Assembly (NCBI GenBank): GCA_910579775.1
Contig: CAJTUE010000003.1
Span: forward strand, 79,653 to 143,652
Direction of reading: 5' to 3'
From: an uncultured Oscillospiraceae bacterium
Lineage (GTDB): Bacteria > Bacillota > Clostridia > Oscillospirales > Oscillospiraceae
DNA length: 64,000 bases
This document shows, piece after piece, positions 8,301 to 20,300 of this stretch (the stretch's first letter is position 1; each line of letters opens with the position of its first letter). Made by a program: the position numbers and the translations under genes. Below the pieces are notes generated by a model that worked only from the letters and a program-made list of their open reading frames with translations, was not told the DNA's origin and did no database searches.

Positions 8301-11300
8301 TACGCCGGTGTCGGCATTCAGCTCCAACCAGTCGGGCAGGTCATCGGTGTTGACCACTGCATAGGTAAATGTTGTTCCGGTCGCCTCGGAATCAGTTGCG
8401 GCTACGCTGGTCTCGCTGCCGTCCTCAAATTTGGAGTTGCCATAAATCACCAACGCCTTCTTGTCAGCCGCGGTAAAGTCGCCGGGAGCAAAGGAGGCTT
8501 CTACCGTCGCTGTCAAGGATGTGGGTCTAAACACGGTCTCCGCCTTGGTTTCTCCCTCTTCCTCCAGGAATCTTCCGCTACCTGCAGTAATTTTCCAGCC
8601 GGTAAACACATAGCCGGGCGCAGGGTTCGCGTGAATCGTTACAACGCCATTCACTGTAGAGGCAGTAGAGGTTTCAGCGGCAGTTCCGTCCGACACGCCA
8701 TTCGTCACTTGGACGGTATGCCCCTGTCCCTTGTTGTCATCTGCCACAACGGCGGTCACATCCTTGTCACCTGTAGAGGTCACGTACGCTTTCGAGCGGT
8801 CATAGCCGGCATAACCCTCATTCTCAACACCCTTCTCCAAATCGTAGAAGGTGATGATATAGTCTTGGTCGCCCTCCAAGTTAGCTGTGATCCAACTGTT
8901 GGTCAGAACATAGTCGCCGTCCGCACCCATCTTCCCACCGGAAGGCTGTCCGGCAATCTTTTCAAAGGCAGTCGCATTGAGAACTCTGGGTGTGGTCAGA
9001 TCTTCATCCTCTGCCCCGGTCACTGCCAGGAAGCGAGAGCCGTCTGCCGGCTTGATCTCAATGCGGACATTGCCGCTGCCGTCATTGTGCTTATAGGTAA
9101 AGGTGCGGTCCGCTACCGGGATCGTTGCCGCGCCGATGGTACAGCCATTGGCGCCCGTCAAAACCGGCAGTAGGTCATAGTAACCGATAACCGTGTCCTG
9201 TTTCGTGACTGCGTAGGTCATAGCCAAACGGTCATCCGCATTCACTTCGATCCTGTCGTCACCCTCCGGCCCCCATCCAACAAAGTAATACTTCGCATTG
9301 GCGGGTGTTGCATTGTCGGCCTCATCTGCGGTAAAGGAAATTTCGCTGTTATCGGCCGGGATCACCAGCGTCCCGGAGTTGGACTTGGCACTGGAAGCTG
9401 TCTCGCCTGTACCGTAAGTGCCTTCGATCTGCACCGAAGTATCGGCGACCTGTGTCTTATCGCTATAACGCTGGGTTTTTAGAGAAATTGTTACCTGAGC
9501 ATAGACCGCGTCGGAGACAGCAAACTCACTGGCGTTGGCGGTACCAGCGCTGCGGTAGGCAATGAGGTAGAAGAACTTACCTTCTTCCGCCGCGCTGGGC
9601 TGGCGGGTCTTGCCCAGGGTGGTGTCCACGGTAGCTACGCCGTCCTTAGCTACCATCTTGTTGTTGGCCGTATCGATCTCAAAGTTGGCCGCGGTCAGGT
9701 CGCCCTTGTCAGACACCGCCCAGACGAAGCTGAGATCGCCGTCCTTCAGGTTGGCGTCCGTGCTGTTGGCGGCCACGGCGTCGGTGGCGGCGCTGCCGTC
9801 GTGATCCACCATCACGTGGTCAAGACCAGTCTTATTGGTGGCGTCGTTCTTGTCGTAACCCTCCAGGCTCAGCTCGCCGGTGGTGGCGTTCTTACCCGTG
9901 GTCACGCTCACGATGGGCAGTGGCTCTACCGTCAGATCGAGCACATAGTAAACGGTGGGGCCGACCGGGGTGTTGCCGTTGGTATCGGCATAGGTGGAGG
10001 GGAACTCCACCACATAGACCGCGTCGTCCTTGTTGGCCGCCGTCTTCTTCAGGGTCAGCGAGCCGCCGGCGGTGGTACCGTTCACTGCCAGGGCGGTGTT
10101 TGCGATGTCCAGACCGGAGATGGTCAGGTTATCGTCACTGTAGCTGCCGCTGGTCAACGCCAGCGCAGTGCCCAGCGTAACGCCGGTCATATTGGTAGAG
10201 GCGTTCACGCTCCCCGCCGCCAGCTTGTAGACCTTGGGCTGGCCCAGCTTCAGATCGGTGTTGCCCGGATTGCTCAGGGTCAGCGGGAAGGTTCCCGCGG
10301 TGGCGTTGAAGTAGTGGGTCTCTTCATTGTAGGCGTGCTTGTAGTTGGTGGCTACGTTGCCGCTGCCCTCAGAAGTGGCGTTGTTGTGGGGGGCCGCGCC
10401 CTCGTTGTCGGCCACCTTCAGCTTCAGGGCGGTGCCCGCCACGTAGATGGTGAACACCCGGTCGTCCGTCTGAACGGTGGGGGTCAAAGTCTCCTTGTTC
10501 CGGGTCTTGTCGGTATCGGTGTCGTCCGTGTTGACCGTTACCCGCTGAATGGTGGTGTTGACGCCGTCAAAGGAGGTGATATTATAAATACCCTTGACCA
10601 CGGTGAACTCGGCGGTATCACCCGGCTCACCACGAACGCCGTTGTTGTCCCCATCGCTCAGCACGCCGGTGGTCAGTTTTCCCGCCTCCGTAGCCGTGGT
10701 GAGGGTAAACTTGTTGTTGGACTCCGCCAGCTCCACCTTGAGCACGTGTCCGCCAGTCATGCCGGTCTCGTTCTTCACCGTGCCCACGACCTCATAGGTC
10801 TTCTGGTCGAGGCGGCCGCCGATGAAGGTCTTGTGGGTCACCGCGCCGTAGGCATACGCCCCGTTGGCAATGGCGGCGGTGGCGGACTGTCCCGTGGTCG
10901 CGGAGTCGGCCAGATTCACATCGGCGACGGCGGCGGCGGTGTTGTCATCCGACTTCTGCCGCCAAGTGAGGGTGTAGTCCTGAACCCAAGCCTTATCGGC
11001 GTTGGGCGCGCTCAGCGCCGGAGCCTTGGCGGCCACGCTCTGGCCGGAGAGAACAGGGGTGCCGTTGGGCAGAGCCGCGTGATCTGTGCCGATGGTAAAG
11101 GCGGGGGTGATGGTCACGCCGGTGAAGTCCTCCCCGGTGCCCGTCTGATACTCCTTGTTCACGAAGTTCACCGCATTGACGGTGAAGTAGGGCGCCGTGG
11201 CGGTGCGGTTGGCGTTGGAAATGCTCACATCGGCCAAGGTGACCAGGTTGGTCTTGTCATCCTTGGCGCGGCTGACCTCAACGGTATAGGTCTTGGTGGG

Positions 11301-14300
11301 CTCCAGTGCGGCCACATAGCCCTGGGCAGTGTTGTCCCAGGTGCCCTTGATCTTGTCACTGCCGTTGACAAAGTTGACGGTGTAGACAGGGTCGGTAGTG
11401 CCGCTAATGACGCCGGGATCAGCAGTCAGCGTCGTACCGTCCACCGAGATCTTCACAACGCCCTGGAAGGTGCTGGTGATGGGTGTAGAAATGGCGGCCT
11501 GGCTGGCGTTGCTGTCGTTGTTGGCATAGATGACCAGGTAGATGTCCTTGCCCTGCTGGGTCGAAGGGTCAAAGGTCTTGTTTGTCGCCCCGGCAATGGC
11601 CGTTGCGCCGGAAACGGTGGGGACACCCGCCGCCCAAGTCACGGTGGGCTGGGCAGAACCAGCGTCGGCAGCATACCACTGATACTGGTAATCCTCAGCA
11701 TTGCCGTAGGTCAAAGCGGTCTTATCGTCGGCGGCCACAGGATCGGCAGGCTCAGTCTCCGTAGCGGTAGCCGCGCCGGTGGGCGTCACCTGATACTTGT
11801 CGATGGACAGCGTGCCGTTGTCCAGCTTCTTGATTGTCACGTTGGTGAAGGGCAGGGGATCCACCACGACCTTGAGGGTGTAGGTGACCTTTGCGCTTCT
11901 GCCGCCGGTCTCCTTATTTTCAAAGGAGAAGTCAGCGGAGTATTTGTACTCACCCGCGTCCAAGCCGTCGGCAATGGTCAGGGTGATTTCTTCCTTCGCG
12001 GCGGGTTCCATCTTACCGCCGGTAAAGCTGCTGGCTGTGATGGCACTGGTGTTGCCGGCCGCCGGGGTGCTCCTCACGTTCCAGATCGCCGTGCCTTCGG
12101 TGGTGTTCTCCACCTCCATGACCACAGTCTGCCCCGTAGGGTAGTTGTAGTTCAGGTGGATCTCTTGATTGACGGTTCCGTTGACTACCGCCGCGGTATC
12201 AGCGTTGGGGATACTGCCCATGCCCGACTGGACGGTATTGCTGTCTGTTTTGTCCTTGGGCAGAGACGTCTCGGAGACCTTCATGTTCAGACCTTCACCG
12301 ATGAGGTTCACATCGTAAGTGTCCACATGCTCATCGCCTGTCACGTTCACGGTGATCTTCACACTGCCGGGATTATCCATGTCGCCGGGGGTATCCTGTC
12401 CGCCGTAGCGGTAGTTCCAACTGGCCACGCCGCTTTCCGTCTGACCGGGCACATGGGCGGTGGTGGTGTAGCCGTCTGCCTTAGGCAGACGGAAGGTGAC
12501 AGATTTACCCACGCCGATCCGATAATTCGTGGCGGAATCCAACCCGCTGTCGTCAATGCCCAGAATATTGTCAGTCTGCGTCCGCAGGGAGGTAAAGGTG
12601 TTGGTCACCGCGCCGTCTTCAAGGGCCATGGTGAGGTAGTTCACCCAGCCCGCGGTACCCGTGGCGTTGGCCTTCACGGGATAGAGGTTCAGCTTCAGCT
12701 GGGTCTTGACCTGAGCCAGCTGGCTGGAATAGGTCACGTTGGCGTGGGTCACGGCCCCGGCGTTGCCCGCCGCGGCCTTGTCGGTGGCGGTCACGCCGCC
12801 GGACCAAGTCAGGTCATAGTCCTTCGTCCACTGGGGATAGGTAAAGGTGACCTTCGTGCCCGTCTGTACCCAGGTGTTGACCACGTCCCTGCCTGCGACC
12901 CCTTCCGCGGCGGCAGAGGGACGCGGCGTAGGCGCGGTTTTGTAGAAATACTTGCTGCCATCAGGGATGTTCAGCTTGCCCTCGTAGTCATTCTGATGGA
13001 CGCTGGTATCATCCACGTCCACCTTGTAGTAAACCACGTCTTCCGTGCGGTGACCCACAGTGATGGTCTTCCCGGTGTTCTTCAAGGTGGCATCGTCCTT
13101 TACGATGCTGGCGTAGACCTTATAAGTCCAGGGCTTAGTGCTATCCGGGTTCTCCGGGTCGCTGGCCCACAAGTTCTTGGTGGACATAAAGGCGTTGTCC
13201 GCCGTGCTCCACTGGGTGGGGATCAGGTTCTCCGTATCGTTCAGGTCGATCTCGTCTCCACCCTGGGTGTTCCAAAGGTAGACGGTGTACTTCGCCCCTT
13301 CATCCGGGTCGGTGACCAGGGTAGTGTTTTCATGGATGGTGATCAGACCGTCGAAGGGCACCAGTTCCACCGGATCGCCGGCCTCCACGTCAGGGGTCAT
13401 GGCCGCGCTGGTGGCGTCCCGCTGGCCCTTGGCCACCAGGAAGAGGGCCATGCCTTTTTCTCCCGCGGTGGGCGTATAGGTCAGGTTGTTTGTGCCACGG
13501 GTGCCGGCACCCAGAGACAAGTTGCCTGTGCCGCCAGCGGTGTAGTAGGGCACGCCGGTGTTCTTGTTCAACTTCACCGTGGCATCCCAGGGAGCCACGT
13601 ACCACTCATAGACAATGTCGGCGTTGGTGGCCATGTTGTAATCGCCATCCTCCATGGTCACCAGAGCATTGTAATGGGGCTTGGTGGCCGGATTTTCGCC
13701 GTCCTCCGCGACCCAGGTCTCTTTGACATCATAGCGGATCACATTGCCGTCGCTATCCTTGATCTTGTTGGTCGCCACCTTGCTCACCGTGACGGGGTCG
13801 ATGGTGATGTTCAGGTTGTAGACGCCGTCGGGGCCCTTGGTGGTCACGCCGTCGCGGCCATCCACCGTGGAGAAGTTGAAGTGGTAGGCCACGTCGTCAT
13901 CGTTGTTCAGGTCGGCGGGGATGGTGACCACAAAGCTCTTGCTGGCGCCCACCGCCAAGTCAAAGGTGCGCTCCAGGCCGCCGATGGTCACGCCGTTGCC
14001 ATCGGTCAGAACACCGCCCGTCAGGGTCTGGGTGCCGTCATACACGGTGGTGTTGGTGCCCTTGGTGATCCCCAAGGTAACAGTCAAGGGGGTGTTGCCC
14101 TGGTTGGTGATGACAACGGTGCGGGTGTACTGGTTGTAATCCGCGAACTTTTCCTTGTCGCTGTGGTTCACAGTAGCCGTGGCAGAGCCGCCGGTGGCGA
14201 ACTGCTTGTGGGCCTCGTTATCCGTGTCCTTCACCTCGATGGAAAGGGTAGTAGACACGATGTGGATGGCAAACTTGCCATTTTCCGCCTTGGTCACCTG

Positions 14301-17300
14301 CTCCAAGGCCAAAGGCGCAACCTGATCGGCCGCCGCCTTACTGGGGGCGCTGTAGCCCACCAGGGTGGTATTGGCGCCCATCGTAGCGGAAATGACATAG
14401 TTTTCGTTGATCTCACCGGTCACCGCAGACTTGGGCACGGTAAATTCCACCACATTGATACCCGGCGCACCGCTGTAAAGCACCTTTCCGGTAAATTCAT
14501 GCCCGTTGGCGGTCAGCTTCGCCGTCGCCACGCTACCGCTGCCCTTGATGTCGCCTCTGATCAGGTAAGTGTTCTGCACCAGCTCGCCGCCGATGTTGGT
14601 CTTGGCGGTCACTGCGCCGTTGGCGTAACCCGTGGCGTTGGCGGTGGTGGAGTTCTGCTTGGTAGTGGTGTTCGCTACAGGGTCATTCCCCGTGCTCTTC
14701 TTCCATGTAAGGGTGTAGTCCTGGTTCCAGGTGGAGGACTTGGCGGTGACCGACGTGCCGGTGTGGACGCCGTTGCCGTCTGCCACAGTGGAACCGTTGG
14801 ACGTAGTCACGCTGTTGATGGCGGGGGTGTTGGTCGCGTCAAAGGTCTCGCCCACATCGCGGTTGTCCTTGTCCTGCGTATGGCTCTGGCTAAAGTCAAC
14901 GCGGTTCACCGAGAAGTAATTGACGTTCTTCCCGGTGTTGTTGAGCGGTGTGACCGTCCCGGCCTCGGTGGCGTGGAGGTAATAGGTGCTGCCCTCCGCG
15001 TCGCTGACCCAGATCACGTAATTGGTCGCGCCCTTGAGGGGGGAACCGCTGGTCGAGTAAATACCCGTGGCCGCGTTAAAGGTATCCGCCTTCTTGATGC
15101 CCTTGGCGTTCAGCGCGGCGTCGCCGGCAAAGTCAGCCTGGGTCACAGCCGTACCGCTGGGCACCAGGAACACCTTGTAGTTGTCCGCAGTCACGTGACT
15201 GCCGTCCTTGTTGACGGTGATCTCCGCGTCATAGTCCACGGGGATGGCGTTGGTGATGACCGCGCCCTCGGCGGTCTCGCTTGCCGCATCCACCTCAACC
15301 ACGGCGTAGATGTACTTGCCTCGCATAGCGCTGGTCACAGTCACCGCGCCTGTAGCGATCGAGTTTGTCCCTTCGTTCCACGCGCCGACGCCGGTCGCCC
15401 CGGTGGTGCCGATCAACGTAGCGCCGCTGACTGCCATTGCCGCCGTCTTTGCCGCCGCGGCGGGATCAGTCTGGGCATTAAAATTCGTCTGAGTGGGCTT
15501 GCTGTTCGCATAGTACCAAGTAAAGATCAGCTCGTCATGCTTGATGTCAGGCGCCGCGGCAGTGTGATCCTTATAGATCACACCGTCACGGGCAGTAGCA
15601 GTGTTGGGATTGGCGGTATCAGAAGCCTTGTCCTTCACCTGCACGTTCGTCTCGGTGAGCTTGTGCTTGTTGGAAGTCACGATAAAGTTGGTACTTTGGG
15701 CCGTTTTCTCCACATTGTTCGGGTGATTCACAGGCCCGAGCACATACGTAAGGTTCAGGGTGTACGTTCCGTTCGGCACATCTTCACGCAGATGCTCCGC
15801 CGTAATGGTGTAATACTCACCGTCGCCGCCGCTCACAACGTAGTCCGCAGCGTCCAGGACCTCCGTAAAGGTGGCTGTACCAGCCGCATTCAGGACCGTC
15901 ACCTTTGTGGGCGCTTGCCCGTTGTTCTTCGTCCAAGTAGAGCGCCGCTCTGCCGCGCCCGTAGGAGAGGTCGCGGTCCCTGTGCCCTTGTCGAACACCC
16001 ATCCCGCAGTGAGCGTACCCATCCGCCAGGCGTTCAGCTCCAAAACGCTGTCCTTCTTGGGTGTGTAGATGCCGTTCTGGATCACATATCCCACCTTGCC
16101 GTTTGCAGGCTTGGTCGCAGCTGCGTGGCTGCTGTTGTCAAATTCGCCGTGATCCGTGCTCGGGACCGTCCACTCGCTCAGCACACGGGTAGCGCTTTCA
16201 ACGCCGCCGCCGTTGGCAGCGCCGTTGATGGTAACGGTGTCGCCGCTGTCTACCATAATGGTGTTCGTTGCCGCCCAATTTGCCTCGCCCGTCTCCTTCA
16301 GGTGGACGGCAAACTCACTGCTGGGGATCCCGGCCGCCAGCTGCACCGTCACCTTGAACTGCTGCACAAAGCTGGCAGTAAGGGTGATTTTGTCGGTGGG
16401 CGTAATACCAGTATTAGCCTTCAACGTGGCTTCCGCCGGAAGGGTATACGTTGTGGTCGCATTCTTGGCGTTGCCCATGCTGCCGCCGTTGGCCCCCGGC
16501 GCGGTCACCGCCCAGTTGTCAAAGCGGTAATGGGTCCCGTCCGCCTCGTTAAAGGCCGTGGCGACCACGTTCCCAATGCTGTAAGCGTCTACCTTTGCCA
16601 GCACGATCTTGCTGGCGGTCGTACCAGCCGTACCGCCGGCAAAGTTCACCTTGTTCTGCTTCGGGGCGGTTCCCGCGGGATCGGCCACCAGATCAATGGT
16701 GTAGTAGTTGACCTCGGCCTTTCGCTTGGCCTGTTCATTAACGTCCGTGCTCTCCGCTTCCGCGGCGGTGAAGTTCAGATTTTTCTCGGAATCCGCCGTG
16801 GTCCCGGTCGTTACACCGTCTACATAGACGTCGTAATTACCGGGCAGCACTTTTGCTGTATAGAGTCCGTCTTCGGTGGCGCTTTCCGTCAGGGTATATT
16901 TCACCGCACCGCCCTGACGCAGCTCCACCTTTCGTCCTGCGTAAGCTTCGTTGTCCAGGTTGACCCGGATCTCCACCGGGTAAACGGCGGCTTCCGTCTT
17001 GGCAACCAGGGAAGCGTTGTCCGCGGTGGGGAAGAAATACACCGTAGTGGCCGCCGTCTTCGTACCGGAGGTCAACTGCGTCCCCGCCTGCTTATCAGCC
17101 GTGGTCCACAGCGTACCATTGGAGAAAGTCCAGTTATTCAGCGTATTGCCCGTGTTGTGGGTAAACTCCGCCTTCACGTAGTCCCCGCTGTCCACCGTAG
17201 CGCTGGTGGCAGGAGTCCCAATGCTGGAGCCGGTGGAGCCCTTTTCGGTAAAGATAGCCGTACCGCCGGTGGTAGGATCAACGCTGACCGTGGCGGTGTA

Positions 17301-20300
17301 CTGCCGCACATAATGCGCAGTCAGGGTCACGTCGGCGGTCATGCTGCCGATGGTCCAGGTGGTGGCGTTGCCCGTTCCCCCCTCCGGGGTGGTCACGTCG
17401 CCCGCACTGGCGGTCCAGAAGGAGTTGTTCGTTCCGTCATTGGCGACGGAACGCTTGCGGTAGCCCGTTGCTACTGTGGCGGCGGCGTTTACCGTCGGGG
17501 CAGCAGTGGTCACCGCCGCGCCGTTGGGTACGATCGCCAAGTTGCCCGTACCCGCGGCGTTCAGGCCCACGTTGCTGGTACCGCCCGCGGCGGGATCACG
17601 CGCGGTGGTCACCTTAAACACCACAACAGGCACTTTTCCGCCTGCGTTGGCGGAGGTGATCTGCTTGTTGCCCGCTCCGACCTTAAAGCCGTTCACCCAG
17701 ATATCATAGGTCTTGGCCGGGTCCAGACCGGACACACTGTAAGTGCCGTCGGCAGTCTGCTTTGTACAATTGATCGTGGGAGCGGCGCCCACCTCGGCCA
17801 GCTGCACCGTGGTCACGTTCGTCAGCGTGCCCGTGGTGGTCAGATGCCGCGTCTCAATAGTGGTGGCGAAGGTATAGGTGGGTGTGACCACCAAGTCGGT
17901 AGCGGCATTGTAACCCGTCTGCAGCGTCACCGTGCCGCCCGAAATGGATACATTCGCGAGCGCCGGGTCGTTGGTCTGTTCCCAGTTCGCCAGGGTGTAC
18001 CCGGTCGAGTGGGTCTCCGCGGCGGTCACGTTGCCCACGGGAGTCACCACACGGGCGCTCGCCGCAGAGCCGGCCCCGGCGGCCCGGACCGTAGCAGTAA
18101 GGCAGCCGGCGGGCTTCGTCTCCGCGACCTTCACGCCGTAGAAGTTCTTGGTCGCGACGTCATCTATCTTGGCCTGCTCGTAGTAAACGCCGCCGTCAAC
18201 GGTGGTAATGCGCCAATAGGGCGCCGTCACGCTGGCCGAAGATACGCCGTTGGCCTCCCAGCGGTCGTTCTTGCGCTCCAAGGTCACGCCACTCACCGAA
18301 GCCGTCCCGGTGGCGGTGTTCACCAGCTGGATCTCTTTGATGTTGGTGTCGCTGGTTCCCTTCGTGGCCCAGTTGCTGGTGTTGACGTTGACCACCAGAT
18401 AGGTGTTGTACTTATCCTTGATAAAGTTTGCCGTATAGGTGACCGTGCTGGTCACGCTGGCCAGCGTCTTGGGGTCGGAGGTATCGTGAGTGGTGGTGTT
18501 GTTCAATTGCCAGTAGCTAAACTTCCAGTTCTCCTGAGGATTCATCGACGTCCACTTCACCGCCGTGCCGTTGATCACCACAATGCTCTGGGAGGTGACC
18601 GGCGTGCCGTTGGCGTAATCCGTCTGGGCGGAACCGCTCAATCCGTCGGTGGTGACCTCCACCTTGGCGTCGCCGTGTCCGGCGGTCGCCGCTGTGACCG
18701 TCCAGTATCTGACCGTGATCTGGGGCACGTTAGCCTGATTCACCGTCACCTTGGCGGTGTGCGTTCCCACATACCCGGTCTTGCTCACCGACAGATCATA
18801 CTTGTTGGCGTCCGTGCCATTATACTCCACATTGCTGAAGGTATAAATGCCGTTTGCAACGCTGGTGGGAGTCTTCGTAGACAAAGTCACTGTGGCGTCG
18901 TTGACCGGGTTGCCGTCCAGCAGCACCTGTACCGTCACCGTGCCCAGCTTCTTCTTGAAGGTCGCCGTCAGCTCAGTCTTCTGGTTCATAGTGACGCTGG
19001 CGCTGGCGGAGGTAGGCGCGGTAATGCCGCCCACATCCACCGTCCATGCGTCCCACTCATAGTCGGTGTTCTTGGGGTCGGCAATGAAGGACACAGAAGT
19101 GCCCTTCTTATAGACGGTCGGTCCGACGGTCTGCGCCGTCGCGGAGGACCCAATGCCCACCTGCGCGGCGGTGGCCTTCGTCTGATCCGCCGTCAGCTTC
19201 AACGTGTAAAGCTCCAGCTTCGCCGGGGCGGCGGTGCTGTCCTGGGTGCCCTGGTCCACCGTAAAGGCGCCGTCCGGCGTGACAACGCTCCACTTCAAAT
19301 TGCTCTCCGTCGCCGAAATGACCCCCGCGTACTTCCACAGATTGACCGTCGTATCATAGGTCGCGTCATGGGTCCCCAGCTTCACGCTGGTGATCTTCCC
19401 GCCCAGGGCGGTCACGCCGCTGTCATCGAGGATCAGGTTCAAATAGGTATCGTACTTCGGCTTGCTGAACTCGGCGATCAACTCCGTCTTCTGGGTCAGC
19501 GTGATCTGGTTCGCCGCGTTCGTCGCAGTAGTAGGCAGAGTGCCCTCACCAAGCTTCCACCTGGTGAAGGAATAGTTGCTGCCGCTGGGCGCGGCGTTGA
19601 TATACACCGTCGTACCCGTCAGATAGGTGCCCGTCTGGTTATCCTGATTCGCCGTGGGCGGGTTGGCGGTAGCGCTCTGGGCGACCTTCGCGCCGCTGTC
19701 CACCGTCTGTTCAGCCGTCACCTTCAGGGTGTAGAAGGGGATATTGACCGTCTGATCCGAGGCGATCGCCGTAATGGTCCGGCTGAACGTCCCCAGGGCG
19801 ACGGTGTAGTTGTTCCCCTGCTCCACAGTAAACTCTTTGGTCGCGTCGGAGGTGGTCGTCCAGTCGGTCTGTCCGGTTACGGTGACCGTCTGGCTCCCGC
19901 CGGGGTGCTGGGTCGTGCCGTTCACCTGGAGGTTGACCGTAATCGTGGCGGTCAGCTTGGCGAAGGACACCGTGTACGTGGTGGTCTCGGTAATGGCCTT
20001 CAGCGTCGTGCTGTTGGTGGTGCTGGCAGCCGTCTGATCCACGCCCGCTGTCTTTGTCCAGGTCGCGGCGTTGGGGTTATAGTAGGTCTGCGCGCTGGCC
20101 GACAGGGTCACCCCCGTCGTGCCGTCCAGCACCACCAACGAGTTGTTGGAGGTGTTGACCTTGGGCGCGGTAGCGCCCGTTCCGGCGTTCAGCGTCACGG
20201 TCCAATAACGCACATCCTGGCTGCCGCCGGTATCTCCCACTGTAATATCGATCCCCGTGTTTGTACCGTTGACATAGATGCGATAACTACCCGGCGTAAC

